Below the pieces are notes generated by a model that worked only from the letters and a program-made list of their open reading frames with translations, had not been told where the DNA came from and searched no databases. Shown here in pieces: positions 1-10,864 of a stretch of 64,000 bases of DNA. Made by a program: the position numbers and the translations under genes. The first letter of the stretch is position 1. Each line of letters opens with the position of its first letter. This DNA is from Clarias gariepinus. Its lineage: Eukaryota. The DNA is taken from positions 2,727,451 to 2,791,450 of the forward strand of contig NC_071110.1 in the NCBI RefSeq assembly GCF_024256425.1, in the 5' to 3' direction.

Positions 1-176
1 AAACACATCATAGAGAGGAGAAAAGTGTAGGAGAGGAACGAATGTATCTCAGACTGAATCAGACCAAAGACACACTTGTGATCTCAGACAGGAACATTTA
101 TTGTTGCTGTAATGAGCTTTTAGGAGGAAACTTTGTGAGGAACAGCGCCCTCTGTAGATCAGACAGTGAGTGTTAC

Positions 177-410
177 CTGGAGGAAGTGGATGTGATCGTG
201 TGTGTGTGAAAGCTGCTCCAGCTCAGTGACTCTCCTCTTAAGATCAGCAATCTCCTGCTCCAGTTGCTTCAGGAGTCGTTCAGCTCGACTCAGTTCAGCT
301 TTCTCCTGAGCTCTGATCAGCTCCGTCACCTCCGAGCGCTTTTTCTCCATAAGGCTGATCAGTTCGGTAAAGATTGTCTCACTTTCCTCTACTGCCACCT
401 GTGAACGCAC
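177..410 (-). CDS. finTRIM-like TRIM gene A, 234-bp coiled-coil exon (exon 3); downstream exons lie before the window start
   Basis: The minus-strand ORF encodes a heptad-rich coiled coil (…EKKRSEVTELIRAQEKAELSRAERLLKQLEQEIADLKRRVTELEQL…). It is bounded by an AG acceptor (ttcacag / cctaacag) and a CAG|GTAACA donor. The 234-nt length and phase 0 are typical of the TRIM coiled-coil exon. A paralogous exon lies at 28867..29100. Confidence 0.75.
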
Positions 411-418
411 CTGTTAGG

Positions 419-451
<33 letters not shown>

Positions 452-540
452 AACACCTCATGAAGATAAACTCTCAACTCTCTCTCTCTCTTTGTATGTA
501 TTCGTACACATGAAGGAGAATCGTTCTGCTCTCTCCTCAC

Positions 541-636
541 CTTAATAGTATCTACAGCCCGTTTCAGCTCCTGTACCTCCTCCTGCTTCTCTTGGATCCT
601 CTGCTTAAATTTCCTTTGCTCCTCCTTTAGCTCATT
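541..636 (-). CDS. finTRIM-like gene A, 96-bp coiled-coil exon (exon 2)
   Basis: On the minus strand the exon reads NELKEEQRKFKQRIQEKQEEVQELKRAVDTIK. It is flanked by a ttag| acceptor and an AAG|GTGAGG donor, is 96 nt long and in phase 0. A paralog lies at 31675..31770. Confidence 0.7.
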
Positions 637-2326
637 CTAAGACCAAATGACATACTTTTCAATATTCAAAAGCTAAGTGGAAAAATTGTTCTTGCTGTTT
701 GCACACATGCACATTATAAAGTCCTGTGTTGTAGTTTATTTTGAATTACATGTAGTTTTTACATAGATCAGAGTAGAGAGTGTTGCTGCATTTCCATGGT
801 GCTGTCTCTTGCCTTTAGAAACACTGGGAAGGATCACAGACTCTCCTTCTTAGGCTCCTTCACCCTTTGTTTTCCTAACCAATGGCAGTCTAACTGATTT
901 TTTTTAGCCACTTCATCCCTGAACAAAAGATTTGGTTATACTTCAAACTTAGAAAATAATTTGCTCCTGCCACACATGAAACTCTGCTGTTTGCCTATGC
1001 CTATGTATGCCTATGCCTTTTTTCCCTCTTGGCTCTCGACGAAGGCGGTCGCATCTGCTCTCCCTCCCTTATCTCTCCCCGCTTGCTTCTCTGTCTGTCT
1101 TGTGAATACTATTCAGAGACTCTCTTCGTCTTGCTCTTAAAAATATAAAGGAATATGGATTTGATCAAGTGGTCTCTGAATGCAATTGACACGATCTTCT
1201 CGACGAGAAGTGTGGGTTCTGGGGAACCTATTTGTCCTGCCGGGACGTTTGCTGCTGGATACACGATGGACGGTTGGGAGAAGTGGCACATTGTGTGCCT
1301 GGCCGCACTGTCTCTGGAGGACGTTGAAGATATCTACCTATTCGAAACTCTGATAACAGGGATTCTGCTGATTGGATTAGGTGGGATACTTGGATATCGT
1401 AAAATTTTAAAAGCAGTCAGTCTCAACCCCAAGAGACTGGCTGGCTGGGAAATAGTGGCGACGAGAGCTGTCAGTAACCAGACTGTGGATTGGATAACAT
1501 CTTGGTGAGACTAGCAGCTATGCAACGTGATTTGGACAGACCTGGAGACCAGTGATGGACATTAAATATCTGTGAAATTGGCAGATATTGACCGAAACCT
1601 GGAAAATATGTTTTTCTTTTTCGGCTGCCCCTTTTCTTTCCAGCCACTGCATTTCAAGGCCGTGGCTGGAGACATAACTAACTCCCCGAAGACCAAGATA
1701 ACGAGACGCTCTGGAATCCTACTCCTCCCCCCTTCAAGGACACCTGGCGCAGACTATTATGGGATGTTACAGGCTTACAACTGACACGCACGCACGCACT
1801 CACGCACACACATAACAGCTACAGATAGACACTCTACCTTCCCCATATCCAACGCCTTCATGTGCTTATTCCCTTCAGTGTGGGCAGGCGGAATCGGGAC
1901 CAGCGCTCTCTAGCTGCAGGGACTGGAGCTGTTTGCCTACATTGGACATTTCCTATCCCCTGTACCCTAATCGTTGCAATGTTTATGTCTTGTGTTTACA
2001 TGTTTTTCTGTGCTTGTTGCTGAGGTATTTTTTGTACCCCTGATCGCACACTGCCCTTTTCGAAGGACAGTCTGGGAGGGGATTTTTTACCCTCGTTATC
2101 CTAATGTATCTTATTCCTTATTTTCTATGATGGCGCCGGTTAGGTGGCTGCAGTCGCGACTCTGTGGTCGCACAAAATCATTTCACTGCATATTGTACTC
2201 TGTATGATTGTGTATGTGACAAATAAAATTTAAATTTTAATTTGAATAAATAGTTTAATATGTGCCACCTGTAGGATCATAGAGGAACTGCAGCATTTTA
2301 AAACTTTGAACACAAAGATATAAACG

Positions 2327-2333
<7 letters not shown>

Positions 2334-2386
<53 letters not shown>
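2334..2386. repeat. (TA)n microsatellite
   Basis: Directly visible dinucleotide run. Confidence 0.95.
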
Positions 2387-2388
<2 letters not shown>

Positions 2389-2669
2389 CATACTGTATGT
2401 AGCAAGAATGTGTGCACTTGTTTAAAGTTCACTAAATGTAGTTCAAAGGCATTTATTTAACTCTTCCTTACCATTAACACCATAACACCAAAAACGCACT
2501 GTTTATAACTAAAAATTCACTTCACAGTCTTTCCATGAAAGTTAAAGTGTTATTTTAAGTTTTTTAAGTGACTAAAGCACTTTATTAAGTTAATTAGTTA
2601 GTTAGTTAAATACTCTGAGTGTGTCAAAGTTTTATGATCTCAAAAAAAAAAAAAAATCCCTGTTCTCAC

Positions 2670-3260
2670 CTGTTTTTTAGTTCTTTCAGCCTCAGGTGAA
2701 ACTGTATCATGACCATCATGTTCATCCATCATACACAAGTAACAGATGAAGCTTTGGTCAGCACGACAGTAGATCTCGATCGGTTTGTCATGCTGAGAGC
2801 AGATCTTCTCTTGAAGGTCTGCACAGGCTTCCACTAACTTGTGCTTCTTAAAGGCAGGAGACTGATAGTGAGGTTGAAGATGATCTTCACAATAGGAGGC
2901 CAGACAGACCAGACAGGACTTGACAGCTTTGAGTTTTCTTCCAATGCAGGAATCACACTCCACATCTCCAGGTCCAGCGAAACAGTGAGCAGGAGAAGCA
3001 GCTTGGAGTTCAGTGTTATTTTGTTTCTCCATCATCTCAGCCAGCATGTTGTTCCTGCGTAGAACAGGCCTTGGAGTGAAAGTCTCTCTACACTGAGGAC
3101 AGCTGTAGACAGCCTTCACATCTTCTTCATCCCAGAAACCATTAATACACACCTTACAGTAATTGTGGCCACAATGGAGAGTCACGGGATCCTTGAGAAG
3201 GTCCAGACACACTGGACAGCTGAACTGTTTCTGATCTACTGAGATACTGGCTTCTGCCAT
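2670..3260 (-). CDS. finTRIM-like gene A exon 1: RING finger plus B-box (ATG at 3260, donor CAG|GTGAGA at 2670)
   Basis: The exon encodes a C3HC4 RING (MAEASISVDQKQFSCPVCLDLLKDPVTLHCGHNYCKVCINGFWD…SCPQCR) followed by a B-box (CDSC…CLVCLASYCEDHLQPHYQ…H). This is the fish finTRIM/btr-type exon 1 architecture, and the reading frame is intact. Confidence 0.8.
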
Positions 3261-3639
3261 TTTCTTGTACTCACACACATTCACTCAGAATGCAAACTGA
3301 AACTGAAAAAAACTTCCTTGTTCTGTTTAATGTATGACAGAGACAGACGTGGCTTTAAAGAAACAGAAACTTCAGGATTTAAAGACCTACTGTACAGTAT
3401 GGAGAATTTATTTGTGTAACTAGCATTCTCTACGATCGATGTTTATATTTAAAACCGTATACTGCATATTTAAATTGTGTTTTTAGTCAGAATAGGGAAG
3501 CAGTTATGTATAGGTATAAATGAAAAAATTATGTTAAGAGCTATGTGAAAGCACATCTTGAACTGTGTACAGTACTTGTCAGCACTGTAATGTCCTTATC
3601 TGGGTTTATTGGTCTCGCTGTTTGCACACATGTACATTA

Positions 3640-3960
3640 TGTAGTCCTGTGTTGTAGCTTATTTAAATTATTTGTAGTTTTGTGTGATTTTATGCAGCAC
3701 CATAGACTATTGCAGATACTGTGACCATTGTGTACTCTGATCCATCAGTGATGATCTCTCTTGCCATCTGACACACTTTAGATCTATTTTTTCCTCTTCC
3801 AAGAATCACAGATTCTCTTTCTCAGACTCATTTACACTTTGTTGTGCTTCCTAACCAATGGCAGTCTGACTGATTTGTTTAATGGTTTGGAACCCCCAGT
3901 GTAGTACAGTGCAGAAACCAATCAGAACTCCAGTTCACTCTTAGCTTTTTCTAGTCTCTG
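3640..3960 (-). promoter_or_regulatory. Conserved 5'-flank block of TRIM paralogs with two CCAAT motifs; candidate promoter of gene A
   Basis: The block ttcctaaccaatggcagtctgactgatt…ggtttggaacccccagtgtagtacagtgcagaaaccaatcagaac lies upstream of exon 1. A near-identical block sits upstream of the pseudo-exon 1 at 36590..36760, and partial copies occur at 780..900 and 31900..32100. Confidence 0.35.
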
Positions 3961-4094
3961 TGTTATGTTATCATTACTGTCAAGAAGGTGTGGATCATAA
4001 ATAAATGTAAGATCTCATGTAAATACTAGGTTGGGAGTCACCAGGGATCTAATACAATATAGAAAAATATGGAAATTTTAGTGTAAATAGAAAT

Positions 4095-4098
<4 letters not shown>

Positions 4099-4125
<27 letters not shown>
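4099..4125. repeat. poly(G) homopolymer of about 27 nt
   Basis: Directly visible. A second G run lies at 42915..42940. Confidence 0.95.
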
Positions 4126-4654
4126 TGTAAATATGCATGGAAGTCTTATTTAAAGTGAATTATAAGCCAAGAAATGAAATAGACAATGTCTATGTCAATA
4201 AATTTTAAAAAATTGTTTATTGCTGTGTGGTACTGATTGAGAGACCGTATCGCCTTACATATCGCCTTACATGTTGAGAATTTGTGTAAATAGTCTTCTT
4301 TGTGATTTATGATAATATTCTCATAAATTTTATTCGGAATTGTTAAAAATATTTTTGGTCCAAGACTGTATATTGTATATTTAAATGTGTTTTTAGTCTG
4401 TATAGGGAAGTAGCTGTGTAAAGGGATAAATTAACAAAACATGTGAAGACAAGTGAGAGCAAAAAAAAAAAAAAGACAGTGAGACTAGACTCAGCATGGA
4501 AGCAAGACCATTAATTTTATTACAGAAACCTCTACAACAGTCTGATTTATAAACATTGTGGGCAAAATAAGATTTAAATAAAAAATATTTCTCACATCTG
4601 TTCACTAATCTACGGAGCCCCCCAGGGGTCATGAGGAGGAAAAAAGAACAAACA

Positions 4655-4860
4655 GAGCACACGGATTAATAAATCATGCGCTCGATTAATAAATCGTGTG
4701 CACGGAATAATGAACCGAGAGCGCGGAATAAAATATCCGTGCGTGCGGACTAATAAACCTTGCGCGCGGAATAATAAAACCGTGTGCGCGGATTAATAAA
4801 CTTTGAGCACTAAATAATAAACAGTGCGGGCGGAATAATAAACTGAGCGCGCTGATTGGT
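4655..4860. repeat. Sub-terminal tandem array of about 8 to 10 copies of a GCGCGGAATAATAAA / CGGATTAATAAA motif inside the left repeat; mirrored at 14650..14885 in the right repeat
   Basis: The sequence shows direct reiteration of cggaataataaa, cggattaataaa and cggactaataaa units spaced about 20 to 30 bp apart. Arrays of this kind are typical transposase-binding sub-terminal repeats. Confidence 0.6.
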
Positions 4861-5112
4861 TTACACGTCTGGATTCGAAGTTATGACCTGGTCGGACATG
4901 GACGGAGAGGAAGGAGCTCATACAGCCAGCACAACAACTTTAAGGTATGTAACCAACTTTTCACTTAATATTTACCCATTTAACTTAATTTTAAAGGTTT
5001 GTGGATAAGTTTGCTTGTTCCACACATTTTATGAGGCTTTTCTGTGCCCCATCTTTTGCTCCAGGCTATCTTTAAAATGTAAATATAGTGTAACAACACC
5101 ATGCTTCCCCCG

Positions 5113-5149
<37 letters not shown>

Positions 5150-5587
5150 TGATATTCTGCGATCTCATTTTCCATAAGACTGTTGTTTACTTCAATCGGT
5201 TCCGGACCACGCTGAAGTTGGTTTAAAGTTGGACCTTGGATATTCGCGCGCCGGCTTTCAGATCCTGATTTGCGGCGGAGAATAAATATTAATATAATAT
5301 TTATAATATGAATATTATTCATATTTAGTCAGTAATTTACAGACAGTCATTAACTCGCGCAGTAGACGAGATTCGGTCGCCGGACTCTGAAAATATATCA
5401 TGTCACATATGCGGAGAGAATATTTTTTATATTATGTTTAATACCCCGATCTCACCTATGCGGTTTCGCGCAGTGGCCGTAAATACGGTTCATCATGATT
5501 ACGTTTCATGCATCATGTCATTACATTTCCATCTTTCCACGCGAAAAACCCGGATCTCACCGCGAGTCAACCCGTATACAGTAGGTG

Positions 5588-5594
5588 TATAAAG
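5588..5594 (+). promoter_or_regulatory. TATA box (GTGTATAAAGGGAG) about 92 bp upstream of the ATG embedded in the left repeat; the mirror copy on the minus strand is at 13800..13806
   Basis: A TATAAAG motif at the expected distance from the exon-1 ATG, present identically in both inverted repeats. Confidence 0.45.
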
Positions 5595-5685
5595 GGAGAC
5601 ACAGATTGGTCTAAAAGATGCATTCCGACAGACTGACTGAACAGTTTGTGCTTTTTTATGTGTGTATTTGCCGTTTTTGGACAGA

Positions 5686-5766
5686 ATGGATCAGGGATTT
5701 CTGGACTTTCTGCAACAACAGCGTGAGTTGGATCAGGGCATCATCTCCGTGTTTGTAAATGAAAAG
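5686..5766 (+). CDS. First coding exon embedded in the left repeat (MDQGFLDFLQQQRELDQGIISVFVNEK), followed by a GTAAGT donor
   Basis: The ATG is followed by 81 nt (27 codons) and then GTAAGT. An identical exon sits on the minus strand of the right repeat at 13628..13708. Confidence 0.6.
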
Positions 5767-6261
5767 GTAAGTGCATCGCAATTAGAAGGTTTCACAAACA
5801 ACTTTTTTTTTTGTTTTTAGACTCTAGTATTGACCTTTTTATATTGCTCTATTCCCACATTATACTGTATAAACGTAGAATAGCATAGTAGTTATAATAG
5901 CATAAAAGTAGAAGGAAGGAATTTGGAGTAGGACATCACATCGTTAACTCTTTATTCTCTTGTCATCTGTATAAAAGTGCACTAGGGTGTATGGTATATG
6001 GGTTATGTACATGTAGTTTAGCCAAAATCCCAGTATCTTGTGTTTATAGTATTTGTGGATAAACATAACATTAAGCACGTGGGTTACATGGCTGACAATT
6101 AGCGTTTTTCAGTCTTTAGTCAAATACTACAATATTTAGCATTATAAATATATGTTAAAGATATGTGTCAATTTGAAATATGGCTTAAGACTATAGTGCC
6201 ATTTCTTGTGCTTATTGTTATTGTTTATTATATACAATAATCCCTCAACTCTCCTCTGCAG

Positions 6262-7044
6262 ATAGACTGTTATGCTGTAAACGGGATGTTAGATGAGCAG
6301 CTAATGAAATATGTTCCCAAATTTGGAGACAGAATTGCCATTCGACAGTATTGTAGAAGAGAAGTGGCAGCATTTGAAAAGAGTTTCTCGATTGTGTCAA
6401 AAGTTCAACTACGGAGGACTGGTAAAAGAGCTCATTCAGATGATCGTTCTCAAAAATTAGCTGGCAATTTAAATGCCCTTAAAAACAGCCGTACATATCA
6501 AATTGGCTTGTTTGAAGAGGTCGAAGTCTCATTTATTCAAGTCAGAGAAAGAAAAGGAGGTGGAGTCAGACATCTCAAGGCATCGAAGGACACTCCAGTG
6601 AATGAGCTGTTGAACATTGGGAAAGATCTCTTTTTCCCGCAGGGAAAAAACAAGCTTGGAAATATAAACGAGTTTGAATTTACACTAAGAGACTTCACTG
6701 AAGCTGAGCTGGACTCATCCATGACACTTGGTCAGCTGTACAATTTGAGAAAAGTGAAACTACTTAGACTTTATGTGTCATGCAAAAGGATTTTCATGGA
6801 TGCACAGGACTTAACTGCAAATCAAGTAGATTCACATTTAGCTTCATCTTTACACACACACTCAAAAAGCACAGGAATTGTTGTTGATAAGCATGCCAGT
6901 GAAGTTGCTATGTTGACAAGCACTCCCATCAAACTTACCACTGACACTGTAATGGCAAGCACATCAACAACAGACACAAGGTTTCTTTTTATTGATGCTA
7001 ATGATGAGAAAATTAATGTCAAATACATCACCGTTGAATTTTGA
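6262..7044 (+). CDS. Left gene of the element, exon 2, first part: unknown protein with a SAM-like N-terminus
   Basis: A strong acceptor (tccctcaactctcctctgcag|ATAGAC) is in frame with the repeat-embedded exon 1, giving …VNEK|IDCYAVNGMLDEQLMKYVPKFGDRIAIRQY…. The ORF runs to 7044 and then overlaps the next ORF in the +1 frame. Confidence 0.55.
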   Translation: MDCYAVNGMLDEQLMKYVPKFGDRIAIRQYCRREVAAFEKSFSIVSKVQLRRTGKRAHSDDRSQKLAGNLNALKNSRTYQIGLFEEVEVSFIQVRERKGGGVRHLKASKDTPVNELLNIGKDLFFPQGKNKLGNINEFEFTLRDFTEAELDSSMTLGQLYNLRKVKLLRLYVSCKRIFMDAQDLTANQVDSHLASSLHTHSKSTGIVVDKHASEVAMLTSTPIKLTTDTVMASTSTTDTRFLFIDANDEKINVKYITVEF

Positions 7045-7933
7045 TGGCATTGACGTGCTGCAAGAACAAAACACATCAGTTTCAGTTGATGAGGAAATCC
7101 AAATAGGGTACGTTTACCTCTCATATGACAATGATGTCCTGGATGACAGTCTTCCAGTGGAGACTGCTGTAGTACAACCTCCATCAATAGGACTTTATCA
7201 TGAAAATAAGGTTGTTAAACTAAGACTTCGAAGAGGAAACATATTTTATGAACTGAATGCTGCATTTAAGGATGGACAGATAACAGTTGATGACATGCTG
7301 CTGGAGATTGAGATGGTCCTTCCAAATGGCAATGCTGAAAAGGGAGAGGACAATGGTGGGGTCTTACGTGATGCCTTGAGTGAGTACTGGGAAACATTTA
7401 TACTAAAATGCACAACTGGGAATGTGCTGAAAGTTCCAATGACCAGGCATGATATGAAAGACGAGTGGGAGAATGTGGCCAAAGTGATGGTGTTAGGCTA
7501 CAACATGGCAAAGTACTTTCCTGTGGCCTTGGCTAAGCCCTTTCTTTCTCACTGCCTTCACCAGGAAATCAAGGATGATGAACTGCTTGCTGCATTCCTG
7601 GAAACAATTCCAAGTGAAGATAAGGAGATTGCAGAGCAGGCAATAAGAAATTTCAAATCCATTTTTGGAAAAGAGGAATGGATTGAATTCCTTGAGGCAC
7701 ATGACATTAAAAGACATGTCACGGAGGACAATTTGAGGAGAACTCTGCTTGAAGTTGCACACAAAGAAATGGTGCAAGACCCAGCCTATGTAGCAGAGTG
7801 TTGGAGCAATATTCTGCAGGGACTCCATCTTCCTCCAGGAGGACTAGATGAAGTGATGTCTAGTCTCACTCCCACAACCAGGAAGGTTGTAGCAATGTTG
7901 CAACATGAAGCTCTCAACAAACGAGAGTGTTAG
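6992..7933 (+). CDS. Left gene of the element, continuation in the +1 frame (313 aa, no recognisable domain); either a frameshifted copy or a separate ORF
   Basis: A long ORF immediately overlaps the preceding one. No convincing intron joins the two frames, so a +1 frameshift is inferred. Confidence 0.45.
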   Translation: MMLMMRKLMSNTSPLNFDGIDVLQEQNTSVSVDEEIQIGYVYLSYDNDVLDDSLPVETAVVQPPSIGLYHENKVVKLRLRRGNIFYELNAAFKDGQITVDDMLLEIEMVLPNGNAEKGEDNGGVLRDALSEYWETFILKCTTGNVLKVPMTRHDMKDEWENVAKVMVLGYNMAKYFPVALAKPFLSHCLHQEIKDDELLAAFLETIPSEDKEIAEQAIRNFKSIFGKEEWIEFLEAHDIKRHVTEDNLRRTLLEVAHKEMVQDPAYVAECWSNILQGLHLPPGGLDEVMSSLTPTTRKVVAMLQHEALNKREC

Positions 7934-10495
7934 ATTCTGGATTTCCTTAAAAAATTTATCAGGACCTGTAGTGATGTACGCCTGAGAAAATTTCTCCGGT
8001 TTTGCACAGGTAATGGTTTTGTTTGTATTTTCACACAATTGATATTTGTGTAACTAATAATTAAAGATTAGGCTACCAGAAAAAAAATGTTCTGGGGAAC
8101 ATTATAAATATATAATGTACATTAAAAAAATATCTCTAACACCACCAGATTTTCCACCAGATTTTCCTGCATTTATGCCAACCACTTCTTCCTATACAGG
8201 ATTTTTGGGAAACCTGCTATACACTGATCAGTCTCCAGGCCTTAACTTCTCCAAATGTATTCTGTCTAATCATATACCTGGAGGTAGTGCTCACCTTTTT
8301 CCAAAGAGGCAAAAGGATGGATGTTATATTAAGCTTTTTGCCATGATTTTGTGGAAACCCCAGGGCCTTTATTTACTAAGCCTCTCTGAGTAAGAAATCT
8401 CTTCTAAGTGGTCAAAAGAGTCATATAATTGTGGTCCTGCTTTCAGTTGTAGAAGCTTTTAACATTATTAAAACAGGAAATCACTTCTATCCCCACGAAA
8501 ACTTAGAAGGTGTCCTATATATATATAATTGATTCATTTTATTTTATTTTTATGTATTTTATATATCTGTATTAAATTATTTGACAGTGTGCACAAATGT
8601 TTTTTGAGCAACACTTCATCACTTCATTACCAAAGTGTACCCCCATTTCTCATACTCCTTTATGGTATGTGCGGCAAACTGACACATGGTATTAATGCTT
8701 TCACAAATTGCCTAGTTGCCTAGTTTGCTGCTCTTAAAGAGTGATGTCACGTGCTTTTAAATTAGGCTGCGCGTTATAGTGGGTGTTGTAGTTTTTACAG
8801 GTTTTTTGTAGTTTTAAATGGTGGAAAAGCGAAATGATGAAATCAACATCAGTTATGTGAAAGCATTGTGCTCATCAGACAGTTTAGTTTGCAAAAAAGG
8901 AAGTAAAATGTAAAGAAATAATTAAATAAGTAAAATTCTGCCCTACTCTTACCTCTAAAGGTAAAAAGTGAGTAGTCAACTTCTAAAAGCCTCAATTCCA
9001 CCTCTCAGTTTGCAAGTCCTGCTTATGACAAAGAATGTCAAGAAACAGTCATGTACACTCAAATAATTTAATATGTATATTATGTAATTAAGTATATATA
9101 GTATATATAAATATAATTGAATTTATATATTTATAATGATGCCCTGAACTCAATAAATGCAGCTTGTTTTTCTTTGATTTCACATTATATAGTGGGAATG
9201 TATGAATCTGCGCATGATCAGCGGTGCTGTAAGAACAGAGTTTAATTTATTATTTCCGACACTGCCGTCTGTGTCACTGTTTCAAAGCTGCATCTTTGCT
9301 GTTACTAAAATACAGTAGCAGAGACAGCATACAGCATGTTCATTAATGGAGCAGTTACATACACAACGTTATTGGTTTAAAAAAAACTTGGTTTAAAATT
9401 GGTTTAAAATTGTCCAAACATATCTTTTATGAAATCCATGTGCGCTCACGACTGGAGAAAAGCGTGATTTTCTATGTTAAGAATGTTAATGAATTGTTCT
9501 TATTCCTACTCCTAAAAGGTTGACCAAAATTGCATCACTCTGATAATTTTTGACCACTTACTGTAGGAGCAATTTCATACTCTGAGATGCTTAGTCAATA
9601 TGCGCCCTGGTTTTGGGCACTTTCCATTAAGAAAACAGTGTGTTCTTATGTGGCATGGAGGTATTGAGTAGGTAGCAAAGGCTGTCCTCCAAATTAACAA
9701 TCATTTTTGTACACGTTTACAGGTGCTGATCTACTTGTATCACAGTCCATCCATGTGCGCTTCACTGAGCCAAAGAGCACCTTTACCAGAAGCCCCCAGT
9801 CACACACATGTGGTTGTGTGTTAGAAGTGCCAAACAACTACGGATCATACCTTGAGCTTGCTGAAGATTTTACAAGTGTACTTGATGCCAACATGTGGGT
9901 AATGGACATTATTTAGAGGTAAGTTTCAGGTGCACAGTACATTTACATTCATTTATTATTTTTCCATTTATTCATCTATTTTTCTTTGACCAATTTGTAC
10001 CGAAGTGTTCTTATGTTCATATGCATTTGCTTTTCTCTTCCCTAGGTTTTAGGACTCCAAACATAATGTTGACAGGGACATCCCAATTTTTAGATTAATA
10101 AATACTATTGGACTAGTTTAAACATTGGTATGTTAGTGGTGTTTCACAGTATTTGATTTCTTATCTAAGTGAAATAAGGTTTACAAATAGTGTTTTTCTT
10201 TACTGAATAATTACATTATCTAGATATAATGGTAGATACAATGTTTGATTTGATGGATGGTCTTTTAAATTTAAATTGATATAGGGCAAAATAAATTTGA
10301 CCGAACTGCATTAATTTGACAGAATAAGATATAATCTGACAACATATGGTTTAGGATGGATTAGGATTATTTTACATTCTCACAATTTGACTAAGATCTG
10401 TTCATTAGCTTTTTTTATGTTCATAAATAAAAAAATATATAGTTTTCTATTGATGGTTTCAGCTTAAACGATAATAAACAGTAATTACACTTTAC

Positions 10496-10864
10496 TTGAA
10501 CAAGAAAAGACAGGAGGCAGAGTTGGAGGTAGCAAAACTGAAGATGTTGAGGTTCTCTTTGGGAGTGACAAGGATGGATAGGATTAAGAATGAGTTTATC
10601 AGAGGGACAACCCATGTTAGATGTTTCGGAGATAAAGTCAGAGAGGCCAGATTGAGGTGGTTTGGACATGTTCAGAGGAGAGATTGTGAGTATATCGGTA
10701 GAAGGATGCTGAGGTTGGAACTGCCAGGCAGGAGGTCTAGAGGAAGACCAAAGAGGAGATTTATGGATGCAGTGAGAGAGGACATGAAGTTAGTTGGTGT
10801 GAGAGAAGAGGATGCAGAGGATAGGGTTAGATGGAGGCAGATGATTCGCTGTGGCGACCCCTGA
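10496..10864 (+). mobile_element. Non-LTR retrotransposon (LINE) C-terminal fragment inserted inside the element
   Basis: The ORF …RLRWFGHVQRRD…GRPKRRFMDAVREDMKLVGVREEDAEDRVRWRQMIRCGDP is a characteristic C-terminal motif of LINE pol proteins. Confidence 0.6.

Larger units (their letters stand above)
4611..6010 (+). repeat. Left terminal inverted repeat of the element
   Basis: Reverse complement of 13375..14923. Relative to the right copy it has a longer (AC)n run at 5114..5147 and lacks a segment of about 150 bp. Confidence 0.85.

Noticed and set aside
1155..2235. A 117-aa ORF and the surrounding 1.2 kb in intron 1 of TRIM gene A, possibly an unrecognised interspersed repeat
   Set aside because: It has no recognisable domain, no terminal repeats and no second copy within this window. 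The 3' end (2160..2235) is A/T-rich like a retroposon tail, but that is insufficient to call a feature.
5029..5322. The ORF MNNIHIINIILIFILRRKSGSESRRANIQGPTLNQLQ…, duplicated at 14200..14532
   Set aside because: It is duplicated only because it lies inside the inverted repeats. It is AT-rich and low-complexity, and it runs into (CA)n. It is most likely non-coding repeat sequence.
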